Assembly (NCBI GenBank): GCA_041568535.1
Contig: JBFFZT010000001.1
Span: forward strand, 1 to 25,910
Origin: Burkholderiales bacterium
GTDB taxonomy: Bacteria; Pseudomonadota; Gammaproteobacteria; Burkholderiales; SG8-39
DNA: 25,910 bases
Direction of reading: 5' to 3'
Part shown: one piece after another, positions 1 through 7,037 of the stretch
How positions within the stretch are numbered: position 1 is the stretch's first letter
Layout: the number at the start of each line of letters is the position of its first letter
The notes under the pieces: generated by a model
Seen by the model: only the letters and a program-made list of their open reading frames with translations
Told to the model about the DNA's origin: nothing
The model's database searches: none
Made by a program: the position numbers and the translations under genes

Positions 1-1
1 G

Positions 2-106
2 AACGCCGCGCTCAACTGGATCGAGATCGGGCCGCGGGACTGGCGCGTGAGAGCGTGGGCGGACGTCGGGCACCTGGAGCGCGCGCTCGACGACCTGCCG
101 GACTGA
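2..106 (+). CDS. 3' end of a gene running in from the left edge; possibly histidine phosphatase (phosphoglycerate mutase-like) family
   Basis: Frame from base 2 reads NAALNWIEIGPRDWRVRAWADVGHLERALDDLPD* (TGA 104-106). The N-x-x-L-N...W-x-D-x-x-HL tail resembles histidine phosphatase C-termini. Partial, so the family call is tentative. Confidence 0.5.
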   Translation, partial: NAALNWIEIGPRDWRVRAWADVGHLERALDDLPD

Positions 107-110
107 AGCC

Positions 111-566
111 ATGGCGCCGCAGCTCGAATTCCTGATGCGCATCGCCGCCGACGTCGGCGAGCTGCAGACCATGGGCGGCGGGCCGCTCGGCGAGCGGCGC
201 GTGGTGGCGATCACCGGCGGGTCGTTCGAAGGGCCCGGGCTGCGCGGCACGATCGTGCCGGGCGGCGCCGACTGGCAGATCGGGCGCGCCGACGGCGTGC
301 TCGACATCGACGCGCGCTATGCGCTGCGCACCGAGGCGGGCGCGCTGATCCGCGTGGTGAGCCAGGGCTACCGGCACGGGCCGCCCGAGGTGCTCGCGGC
401 GCTCGCACGCGGCGAGGCAGTGCCCGCGAACCGGTATTTCTTCCGCACGGTGATGCGCTTCGAGACCGGGGACGCAGCGCTGCTGTGGCTCAACCGCACC
501 ATCGCGGTGGCGACGGCCGAGCGCCGCGCCCGGCAGGTGCTGCTCGAAGCCTGGCGGCTGCTCTAG
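111..566 (+). CDS. DUF3237 (UPF0311) family protein
   Basis: 151 aa with GERRVVAITGGSFEGPGLRGTIVPGGADWQ, DARYALRT and YFFRTVMRFETG, typical of DUF3237. Starts 4 nt after the upstream stop. Confidence 0.85.
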   Translation: MAPQLEFLMRIAADVGELQTMGGGPLGERRVVAITGGSFEGPGLRGTIVPGGADWQIGRADGVLDIDARYALRTEAGALIRVVSQGYRHGPPEVLAALARGEAVPANRYFFRTVMRFETGDAALLWLNRTIAVATAERRARQVLLEAWRLL

Positions 567-1546
567 GCGGGCTCGAGCGGCGGCTCGTCGAGGAGGGCGA
601 TCTGCTCCCGCAGCTCGAGGATGCGGTCCTGCCAGTAGCGCTGCGTGTTGAACCAGGGGAACGCCGCGGGGAACGCGGGATCGTCCCAGCGCCGCGCGAT
701 CCAGGCCGAGTAGTGCAGCAGGCGCAGCGTGCGCAGTGCCTCCAGCAGGTGCAGCTCGCGCCGGTCGAACTCGAAGAACGGCCGGTAGCCCTCGAGCACC
801 AGGCCGAGCTGCTGCGCCATCGCCGCGCGATCCCCCGAGAGCAGCATCCACAGGTCCTGCAGGGCGGGTCCGCTGCGCGCGTCGTCGAAGTCGACGAAAT
901 GCGGCCCGGCGTCGGTCCACAGCACGTTGCCGGCATGGCAGTCGCCGTGCAGCCTGATCGCGCGCAGCCTGCCCGCGCGCTCGAAGCAGCGCGCCACGCC
1001 CGCGAGCGCGAGCGCGGCCGCGCTCTGCCATGCTTCGCGCAGGTCGGCCGGCACGAAGCCCTGCTCGAGCAGCCAGTCGCGCGGCTCGCGGCCGAAGGTT
1101 TCGGGGTCGAGCGCCGGGCGTGCAGCGAAGGCGCGCGTCGCGCCCACTGCGTGGATGCGGCCGATGAAGCGCCCGAGCCAGCGCAGCGTCTCCTTGTCTT
1201 CGAGCTCGGGCGTGCGACCGCCGCGGCGCGGGAACACGGCGAAGCGATATCCCGCGTGCGCGTTGAGCGTGGCGCCTTCGAGCGCGAGCGGCGCGACCGC
1301 CGGGATCTCGCGCGCCGCGAGCTCCTGCACGAACGCGTGCTCTTCGAGGATCTGCGCGTCGCTCCAGCGTCCCGGGCGGTAGAACTTCGCCACCACGCTG
1401 CCGCCGTCCTCGAGCCACACCTGGTAGACGCGGTTCTCGTAGCTGTTCAGCGCGAGCAGCCGCCCGTCGCCGCGCAGGCCCGCGAGCTGCAGCGCGTCGA
1501 GCACGGTTTCCGGCGTCAGTCCGGCATAGGGCGCGGGCGCGGTCAT
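563..1546 (-). CDS. srkA: Stress response Ser/Thr kinase SrkA (RdoA/YihE), APH-like kinase fold
   Basis: LNSYENRVYQV, AKFYRPGRW, catalytic HGDCHAGNVLW, VDFDDA and C-terminal WDDPAFPAAFPWF. Start moved to ATG 1546 (MTAPAPYAGLTPETVLDAL) because the longer ORF overlaps the divergent gene. Confidence 0.92.
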   Translation of the reverse strand: MTAPAPYAGLTPETVLDALQLAGLRGDGRLLALNSYENRVYQVWLEDGGSVVAKFYRPGRWSDAQILEEHAFVQELAAREIPAVAPLALEGATLNAHAGYRFAVFPRRGGRTPELEDKETLRWLGRFIGRIHAVGATRAFAARPALDPETFGREPRDWLLEQGFVPADLREAWQSAAALALAGVARCFERAGRLRAIRLHGDCHAGNVLWTDAGPHFVDFDDARSGPALQDLWMLLSGDRAAMAQQLGLVLEGYRPFFEFDRRELHLLEALRTLRLLHYSAWIARRWDDPAFPAAFPWFNTQRYWQDRILELREQIALLDEPPLEPA

Positions 1547-1553
1547 GCGATCG

Positions 1554-1564
1554 GCTAGACTAGC
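1554..1564. promoter_or_regulatory. Palindromic GCTAG-A-CTAGC carrying a -10-like hexamer on each strand (TAGACT +, TAGTCT -)
   Basis: Centred at 1559, midway between the divergent ATGs at 1546 (-) and 1572 (+). Neither gene has a Shine-Dalgarno. Confidence 0.55.
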
Positions 1565-1571
1565 ACCGCGC

Positions 1572-2375
1572 ATGAAAGCCGCCGCCGAAAACGTGGTCGA
1601 GGTCCGCGACCTGCACTTCGCCTACGGCGACAACCGGGTGCTGCGCGGCCTCTCGCTCACGGTGCCGCGCGGCAAGGTAGTGGGCATCCTCGGCACCAGC
1701 GGCTGCGGCAAGTCGACGCTGCTGAAGCTGATCGGCGGCCAGCTGCGCCCCGCCCGCGGCACGATCCACGTCGACGGCGAGCCGGTACACGCGCTGGAAG
1801 GCGCGCAGCTCTACGCGCTGCGGCGCAAGATGGGCATGATGTTCCAGACCAGCGGCCTGTTCACCGACCTGAGCGTGTTCGAGAACATCGCGTTTGCGCT
1901 GCGCGAGCACACCGCGCTGCCCGAGGAAGTGATCCGCAGCCTGGTGCTGATGAAGCTGCACGCGGTGGGCCTGCGCGGCGCGCACGCGCTGCGCGTGGGC
2001 GATCTCTCGGGGGGCATGACGCGGCGCGTGGCGCTCGCGCGCGCCATCGCCATGGACCCGATGCTCACCATGTACGACGAGCCGTTCGCGGGCCTCGACC
2101 CGATCTCGCTCAACGTCATCTCGGGCCTGATCCGCACCCTGAACGACGCGCTGGGGGCGACCTCGCTCGTCGTCACCTACGACGTGCACGAGTCGCTCAA
2201 GGTCGCCGACTACCTGTACGTGATTTCCGAAGGCGTGGTGATCGGCAAGGGCGCGCCCGCCGAGATGCGCGAGTCGCAGGACCCGCGCATCCACCAGTTC
2301 CTGCACATGGAGCCCGACGGACCGGTGCGGTTCCACTACCCCGCGCCGCCGCTTCCGGGGGAGCTCAGCCTGTAG
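1572..2375 (+). CDS. mlaF: MlaF/Ttg2A-like ABC transporter ATP-binding protein (orphan, no permease adjacent)
   Basis: Walker A GTSGCGKST, Q-loop MMFQ, signature LSGGMTRRVALARA, Walker B LTMYDEPFAGLD, MlaF-type tail QFLHMEPDGPVRFHYPA. H-loop position reads VVTYD. Start at ATG 1572 (MKAAAENVVEV). Confidence 0.85.
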   Translation: MKAAAENVVEVRDLHFAYGDNRVLRGLSLTVPRGKVVGILGTSGCGKSTLLKLIGGQLRPARGTIHVDGEPVHALEGAQLYALRRKMGMMFQTSGLFTDLSVFENIAFALREHTALPEEVIRSLVLMKLHAVGLRGAHALRVGDLSGGMTRRVALARAIAMDPMLTMYDEPFAGLDPISLNVISGLIRTLNDALGATSLVVTYDVHESLKVADYLYVISEGVVIGKGAPAEMRESQDPRIHQFLHMEPDGPVRFHYPAPPLPGELSL

Positions 2376-2376
2376 G

Positions 2377-2934
2377 CTAGGCCTTGCCTTCCTTCGGCAC
2401 GAACTTCAGCGCCACGCCGTTGTTGCAGTAGCGCAGGCCGGTGGGCGGCGGGCCGTCCTTGAACACGTGGCCGTGGTGGCCGCCGCAGCGCCGGCAGTGG
2501 TACTCGGTGCGCGGGTAGATGAGGAAGTAGTCGGTCTTGGTCTCGAACACGCCCGGAATGGTGGTGAAGAAGCTCGGCCAGCCGGTGCCGCTGTCGAACT
2601 TCATCGCCGAGGTGAACAGCGGCAGGTCGCAGCCGGCGCACACGAAAACGCCCTGGCGCTTCTCGCGGTCGAGCGGGCTCGAGCCCGCGCGCTCGGTGCC
2701 TTCCTCGCGCATCACATTGAACGCGGCGGGCGACAGGCGCTTGCGCCACTCGTCCTTGGACAGCTGGAGCGGCTCGTCCGCCGAGGGCGTCGCCGTGCCG
2801 GCGGCAAGGAACGTCTTCCAGTTCTGCTGCAGCTCTTCGACCATCGCCATTCCTTTCTTCTGAGCGTGCGCCAGCCAGGACGCCCCGGCCAGGGGCACCG
2901 CCAGCAGCGCTCTCAACAGTTCGCGTCGATCCAT
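2377..2934 (-). CDS. msrB: Peptide-methionine (R)-S-oxide reductase MsrB with Tat-type signal peptide
   Basis: MDRRELL twin-Arg leader ending in AHA, MREEGTERAGSSPL, two CxxC (CAGC, CRRC), KFDSGTGWPSF, GHHGHVFKDGPPPTGLRYCNNG. SD AAGGAGG upstream. Confidence 0.95.
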   Translation of the reverse strand: MDRRELLRALLAVPLAGASWLAHAQKKGMAMVEELQQNWKTFLAAGTATPSADEPLQLSKDEWRKRLSPAAFNVMREEGTERAGSSPLDREKRQGVFVCAGCDLPLFTSAMKFDSGTGWPSFFTTIPGVFETKTDYFLIYPRTEYHCRRCGGHHGHVFKDGPPPTGLRYCNNGVALKFVPKEGKA

Positions 2935-2980
2935 GAGGCCTCCTTGCCGAGTTTAGTCGAAGGCTGCGCCGCGTCCTGAC

Positions 2981-3012
2981 AAAAAGAAAACGGCCAGCAG
3001 GTGCTGGCCGTT
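2981..3012 (-). terminator. Rho-independent terminator downstream of the small His-rich gene
   Basis: Perfect 10-bp stem AACGGCCAGC (2989-2998) / GCTGGCCGTT (3003-3012) with a 4-nt loop. The - strand continues into a U-rich tract (complement of AAAAAGAAAA). Confidence 0.85.
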
Positions 3013-3036
3013 GGACTTCGCGCGCGCCGGCGAGTT

Positions 3037-3378
3037 CTAGTAGCCGGCGTGGCCGGCGATGACCGCGCCGATCATGGCGCCCACGATCAGGCCGCCGAGG
3101 ACGTCGTGCGAGCTGTGCCGGCGGTAGACCACGGTGGGCGCCTGGTGCACGACCACCGGGCGGTGCGCATACGCGGGGCGATAGGCGTACGGGCGGTACC
3201 CGTAGCGGTGCCGGGCGTAGTACGGCGCATGCTTGTGCACGACCACGACGCGCTTGTGGCCATGGCCATGGCCATGGCCATAGCCGTGGCCGTGGCGGTA
3301 GCCGTCGGCGAGGGCGGGCGTGGTGCTCAGGAACGCGGCGCCGGCCAGGGCGGCGAGTGCGAAGGTCTTCTTCAGCAT
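3037..3378 (-). CDS. Small secreted His/Gly/Tyr-rich protein with C-terminal glycine-zipper-like helix
   Basis: Start ATG 3378 preceded by AGGAGA. Signal peptide MLKKTFALAALAGAAFLSTTPALA, then GYRHGHGYGHGHGHGHKR, a Pro/Tyr/Val-rich middle and VLGGLIVGAMIGAVIAG. Has its own terminator. Confidence 0.8.
   Translation of the reverse strand: MLKKTFALAALAGAAFLSTTPALADGYRHGHGYGHGHGHGHKRVVVVHKHAPYYARHRYGYRPYAYRPAYAHRPVVVHQAPTVVYRRHSSHDVLGGLIVGAMIGAVIAGHAGY
3257..3280. repeat. Tandem repeat (TGGCCA)x4, itself a perfect 24-bp palindrome, encoding the (Gly-His)n tract
   Basis: tggccatggccatggccatggcca read directly at 3257-3280. Confidence 0.9.
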
Positions 3379-3451
3379 GTCTGTCTCCTTTCCTCGTTGC
3401 ACCGGGCACCCAGGGGCGCCGGCGATGGAGACATGGTCGTGCTGCGGGGGC

Positions 3452-3484
3452 GTAACGTGTGTAACGGTGTGTTACCCGCGTAAC
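3452..3484. promoter_or_regulatory. Cluster of four GTAAC/GTTAC pentamers upstream of the His-rich gene; candidate transcription-factor operator
   Basis: GTAAC 3452-3456, GTAAC 3461-3465, GTTAC 3471-3475, GTAAC 3480-3484, in an AT-enriched intergenic patch. Confidence 0.55.
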
Positions 3485-3494
3485 GGCGGCGGGC

Positions 3495-4178
3495 CTATTT
3501 CTTCTTGTATTTGTGCGGGGCGCGCGGCTCCGGCGACGGCCGGCGGTACTGGAGCATGGCGCCCAGCCTGCGCTCGAACGGGTCGCGGCGCACGAGCGCG
3601 CGCTCCTCCGCGGGCGTGAGCAAGTCGTAGTGGGGCAGGGCGTCCAGCCGCTCGGCCACGGCCCAGGCGCCCTTCGCCGCCGTCACCCAGGCGGCGGGTT
3701 GCAGCACGCGCAGGTCGAACGGCCGCGAGTACGCGCGCAGCGTCTTGTGGTCGCGGCGGTTGGCATACTCGTGCAGGTAGGACATCGCCAGCTCGCGCAG
3801 GCTGCGGTACACCGGGTCGCGCCAGCGCAGCGTGATGCCGTTGGTCTTGGAAATGGCGCCCCAGCGCCCCCGGCGCCGGAACAGCGCGACGACGTGGTCG
3901 TAGTCGCGCACCGCGCGCATGTCGAGCAGCAGCGGCGGCTCGCCGTGCACCCAGAGCGCGGCCGCGGCGAGCATCGCGCCCTCGATGCAGTGCGCGCGCC
4001 GCGCGCGCAGCACCTCGCGCACGCTGTTGCACGTGTCGCCGTGGGGCTCGAAGTTCTGCCGCAGGTCGTAGAGGAACGCCTGGATCTTGCGCGGGCTGTG
4101 CAGGCGCCGCAGCACGGCGAACTCGGCCTTGGTGAGGCCGAGGTCTTCGCGGCGGGCAAATCGGCGTCGGGTCGCCAT
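3495..4178 (-). CDS. Conserved hypothetical protein, transglutaminase/papain-like fold candidate
   Basis: RRAHCIEGAMLAAAAL (Cys at a helix start), DHVVALF (His on a strand), WGAISKTN and RDPVYRSLRELAMSY. Start taken as ATG 4178 (MATRRRFARREDLGLT). Confidence 0.7.
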   Translation of the reverse strand: MATRRRFARREDLGLTKAEFAVLRRLHSPRKIQAFLYDLRQNFEPHGDTCNSVREVLRARRAHCIEGAMLAAAALWVHGEPPLLLDMRAVRDYDHVVALFRRRGRWGAISKTNGITLRWRDPVYRSLRELAMSYLHEYANRRDHKTLRAYSRPFDLRVLQPAAWVTAAKGAWAVAERLDALPHYDLLTPAEERALVRRDPFERRLGAMLQYRRPSPEPRAPHKYKKK

Positions 4179-4243
4179 CCTGACCGCATCTTGACACGCC
4201 CCGCGTTGCGCAGGAAAAAGGCGATCCAGAGGAGGACTCACCG

Positions 4244-4603
4244 ATGAGCTACGTAGACGGTTTTCTGCTTCCCGTGCCGAAAAGGAACCGCGAGGCCTAC
4301 CGCCGCTTGGCCCGCAAAGCCGGCAAGGTATGGCGCGAGCACGGCGCGCTCGACTACGTCGAGTGCGTGGCGGACGACGTGAAGCCGGGCAAGTGGACCT
4401 CGTTCCCGCAGGCGGTGAAGTTGAAGCCCGGCGAGACGGTGTGGTTCTCCTGGATCGTGTACAAGTCGCGCAAGCACCGCGACCGCGTGCTCGCCAAGGT
4501 GATGCAGGACAAGCGCCTCAAGCCGATGATGGATCCGAAGGCGATGCCGTTCGACGGCCGGCGCATGATGTGGGGCGGCTTCAAGGTGATGGTGGACCTG
4601 TGA
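4244..4603 (+). CDS. DUF1428 (YbaA-like) family protein
   Basis: MSYVDGFLLPVP, WREHGALDYVECVADDV, SFPQAVKLKPGETVWFSWI, MPFDGRRMMWGGF. SD GGAGG upstream. Confidence 0.92.
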   Translation: MSYVDGFLLPVPKRNREAYRRLARKAGKVWREHGALDYVECVADDVKPGKWTSFPQAVKLKPGETVWFSWIVYKSRKHRDRVLAKVMQDKRLKPMMDPKAMPFDGRRMMWGGFKVMVDL

Positions 4604-5088
4604 CTGCGCCCTTCGTCATCACGCGCGTGCTGGACGCGCCGCGCGACAGGGTGTGGCGCGTATGGACCGAAGTCGAGCATCTCAGGCAATGGTGGGGGCC
4701 GAAAGGCTTCGTCGTCACCCACTGCAAGGTCGACCTGCGCCCGCGGGGCACCATGCACTACTGCCTGCGCACGCCCGACGGCAATGAGATGTGGGGCAAG
4801 TTCGTCTACCGCGAGATCGTGAAGCCCGAGCGCCTGGTCTGGATCAACTCGTTCTCGGACAAGGATGGCGGCACCACCGTGCATCCGCTGATGGCGGACT
4901 GGCCGCGCGAGATGCACACCACGGTGCGCTTCGAGGCGCAGGGCGCGAAGACCCGGGCGACCGTGACGTGGGTTCCGGTCGAGGGCTCGAGCGAAACCGA
5001 GCGTAAGACTTTCGATGCGGGCCGCGACAGCATGAAGCAGGGTTGGTCGGGCACGTTCGAGCAGCTCGAGGCTTACCTGTCCCTGTGA
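4600..5088 (+). CDS. SRPBCC/Aha1-like (START-fold) ligand-binding protein
   Basis: GTG start overlapping the DUF1428 stop (GTGA 4600-4603). FVITRVLDAPRDRVWRVWTEVEHLRQWWGPKGF, VDLRPRG, YREIVKPERLVW, QGWSGTFEQLEAYL. Confidence 0.9.
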   Translation: MTAPFVITRVLDAPRDRVWRVWTEVEHLRQWWGPKGFVVTHCKVDLRPRGTMHYCLRTPDGNEMWGKFVYREIVKPERLVWINSFSDKDGGTTVHPLMADWPREMHTTVRFEAQGAKTRATVTWVPVEGSSETERKTFDAGRDSMKQGWSGTFEQLEAYLSL

Positions 5089-5105
5089 ACGCAGTACAGT
5101 GAGCG

Positions 5106-5477
5106 ATGGCCAACCCCGCACCCGGATTCAGGAAGACCCCGCGCAGCCACATCGTCACGCGCCCGGCCGGAAAGCGCGTGCGCGTGACGCTTGGCGCCGA
5201 GTTGCTCGCCGATTCGCGCGACGCGCTCGAGATGCGCGAGGGCAGCTACCCGCCCGTGTACTACGTGCCGCGCAAGGACGTGAAGATGGAGCGCCTCGTG
5301 CGCACCGCGCACGCGACGCACTGCCCCTACAAGGGCGACGCCTCGTACTTCTCGATCGTGGACGGACCCGAGAACGCGGTCTGGAGCTACGAGCAGCCCT
5401 ACGACGAGATGCGCGACATCCAGGATCTGCTCGCCTTCTACCCGAACAAGGTCGCGATCGCGCTCGGCGATGAGTAG
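5106..5477 (+). CDS. DUF427 domain protein
   Basis: EGSYPPVYYVPRKDV, THCPYKGDASYFS, NAVWSYEQP, LAFYPNKV are hallmark DUF427 motifs. Confidence 0.92.
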   Translation: MANPAPGFRKTPRSHIVTRPAGKRVRVTLGAELLADSRDALEMREGSYPPVYYVPRKDVKMERLVRTAHATHCPYKGDASYFSIVDGPENAVWSYEQPYDEMRDIQDLLAFYPNKVAIALGDE

Positions 5478-6993
5478 GGCGACGCGCCGCGAGTGGATCG
5501 GGCTCGCGGTGATTGCGCTGCCGTGCATGCTGTACTCGATGGACCTGACGGTCCTCAACCTCGCGGTGCCCAAGCTGAGCGCCGCGCTGGCGCCGAGCAG
5601 CGCGCAACTGCTGTGGATCGTGGACATCTACGGGTTCCTGGTCGCGGGCTCGCTCATCACCATGGGCACGCTGGGCGATCGCATCGGCCGGCGCCGGCTG
5701 CTGATGATCGGGGCGGCGGCGTTCGGCGCCGCCTCGGTGCTCGCCGCGTTCTCGAGCAGCCCGGCGATGCTGATCGCGGCCCGCGCGCTGCTCGGCGTCG
5801 CGGGGGCGACGCTCGCGCCCTCCACCCTGTCCCTGATCCGCAACATGTTCCACGACGCGCACGAGCGCACCGTGGCGGTGAGCGTCTGGATTATGAGCTA
5901 CTCCGCGGGCGCGGCCATCGGCCCGCTGGTGGGCGGCGCGCTGCTCGAGTACTTCTGGTGGGGCTCGGTGTTCCTCATCAACGTGCCGGTGATGCTGCTG
6001 CTGCTCGCGCTCGCGCCGGTGCTCCTCCCCGAATCGCGCGACCCGCACGCGGGCCGGCTCGACGTGGCCAGTGCGGCACAATCATTGCTTGCGGTGCTGG
6101 CCGTGATCTACGGCTTGAAGCGCATCGCCGAGGACGGCGCGGCATGGTTGCCCGCCGCGGTGATCGTGGCGGGCATCGCGGTCGGCGTCGCCTTCGTGCG
6201 TCGCCAGCGCCGGCTGCCCGACCCGCTGATCGACCTGCGGCTGTTCCGCATCCCCGCGTTCAGCGCGGCCATCGCCACCAACATCCTGGGCTTTCTCGCC
6301 ACCTTCGGCACGTTCCTGTTCATCGCGCAGTACCTGCAGTCGGTGCTCGGCCTGTCGCCGCTGCGTGCCGGGCTGTGGAGCACGCCGGCCGCGTTCGCCT
6401 TCATCTTCGGCTCGATGGTGACGCCGGCGATCGTGCGCGCGTTCGCGCCGGCGACGGTCATCGCCGGCGGCATGCTGTTCTCGGCCGCGGGCTTCGTGGT
6501 ACTGGCGCAGGTGGGCGCGTCGGCGGCGCCGCTCGCCGTGCTGGTCGTCGGGTCGGTGGTGTTCTCGGCGGGCCTCACGCCGGTGGTCACGCTCACCACC
6601 GACCTCGTGCTCGGCGCCGCACCGCCCGAGCGCGCCGGGGCCGCGGCCTCGATCTCCGAGACCAGCTCGGAGCTCGGCGGCGCGCTTGGCATCGCGCTCC
6701 TCGGCAGCGTGATCACCGCGCTGTACGGCGGCGCCATGGCGGGGGTGGCGATGAACGGCGTGGCCGCGCAGGCGGCCGAGGCCGCGCGCGCGACGATCGG
6801 CGGCGCCGTATCGACGGCTGCGCTGCTCGCGCCGCCGGATGCCGCGGCGCTGCTCGGCGCGGCGCGCACGGCGTTCGCGCGCGCTTTCACGGTCACCGCG
6901 TATATCGGCGCCGGCATCTCCGCCGTCGTTGCGCTCCTCGCCGTGGTGCTGCTGCGCGGCGTGCGCGCAGTCCCGCATCCGGCGCAGGCTTGA
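5470..6993 (+). CDS. MFS drug:H+ antiporter, 14-TMS DHA2 (EmrB/QacA/SmvA-like) family
   Basis: 507 hydrophobic aa with MDLTVLNLAVPKL, WIVDIYG, motif A GTLGDRIGRRRLL, GPLVGGALLEYFWWGSVFLINVPV, ETSSELGGALGIALLGS. Overlaps the DUF427 stop by 8 nt. Confidence 0.93.
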   Translation: MSRATRREWIGLAVIALPCMLYSMDLTVLNLAVPKLSAALAPSSAQLLWIVDIYGFLVAGSLITMGTLGDRIGRRRLLMIGAAAFGAASVLAAFSSSPAMLIAARALLGVAGATLAPSTLSLIRNMFHDAHERTVAVSVWIMSYSAGAAIGPLVGGALLEYFWWGSVFLINVPVMLLLLALAPVLLPESRDPHAGRLDVASAAQSLLAVLAVIYGLKRIAEDGAAWLPAAVIVAGIAVGVAFVRRQRRLPDPLIDLRLFRIPAFSAAIATNILGFLATFGTFLFIAQYLQSVLGLSPLRAGLWSTPAAFAFIFGSMVTPAIVRAFAPATVIAGGMLFSAAGFVVLAQVGASAAPLAVLVVGSVVFSAGLTPVVTLTTDLVLGAAPPERAGAAASISETSSELGGALGIALLGSVITALYGGAMAGVAMNGVAAQAAEAARATIGGAVSTAALLAPPDAAALLGAARTAFARAFTVTAYIGAGISAVVALLAVVLLRGVRAVPHPAQA

Positions 6994-7037
6994 TGTTTCC
7001 GTCGAGGCGCTGCGCGCTCGGCGGCTGAGCGGGCCGC

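Noticed and set aside
3257-3296. CRISPR-like or mobile repeat
   Set aside because: It is a 6-bp coding tandem repeat with no spacers and no cas genes.
4191-4219. Perfect TTGACA -35 box upstream of DUF1428
   Set aside because: No TANNNT at 16-18 nt spacing (GAAAAA/AAAAAG there), so a promoter cannot be supported, though an activator-dependent one is possible.
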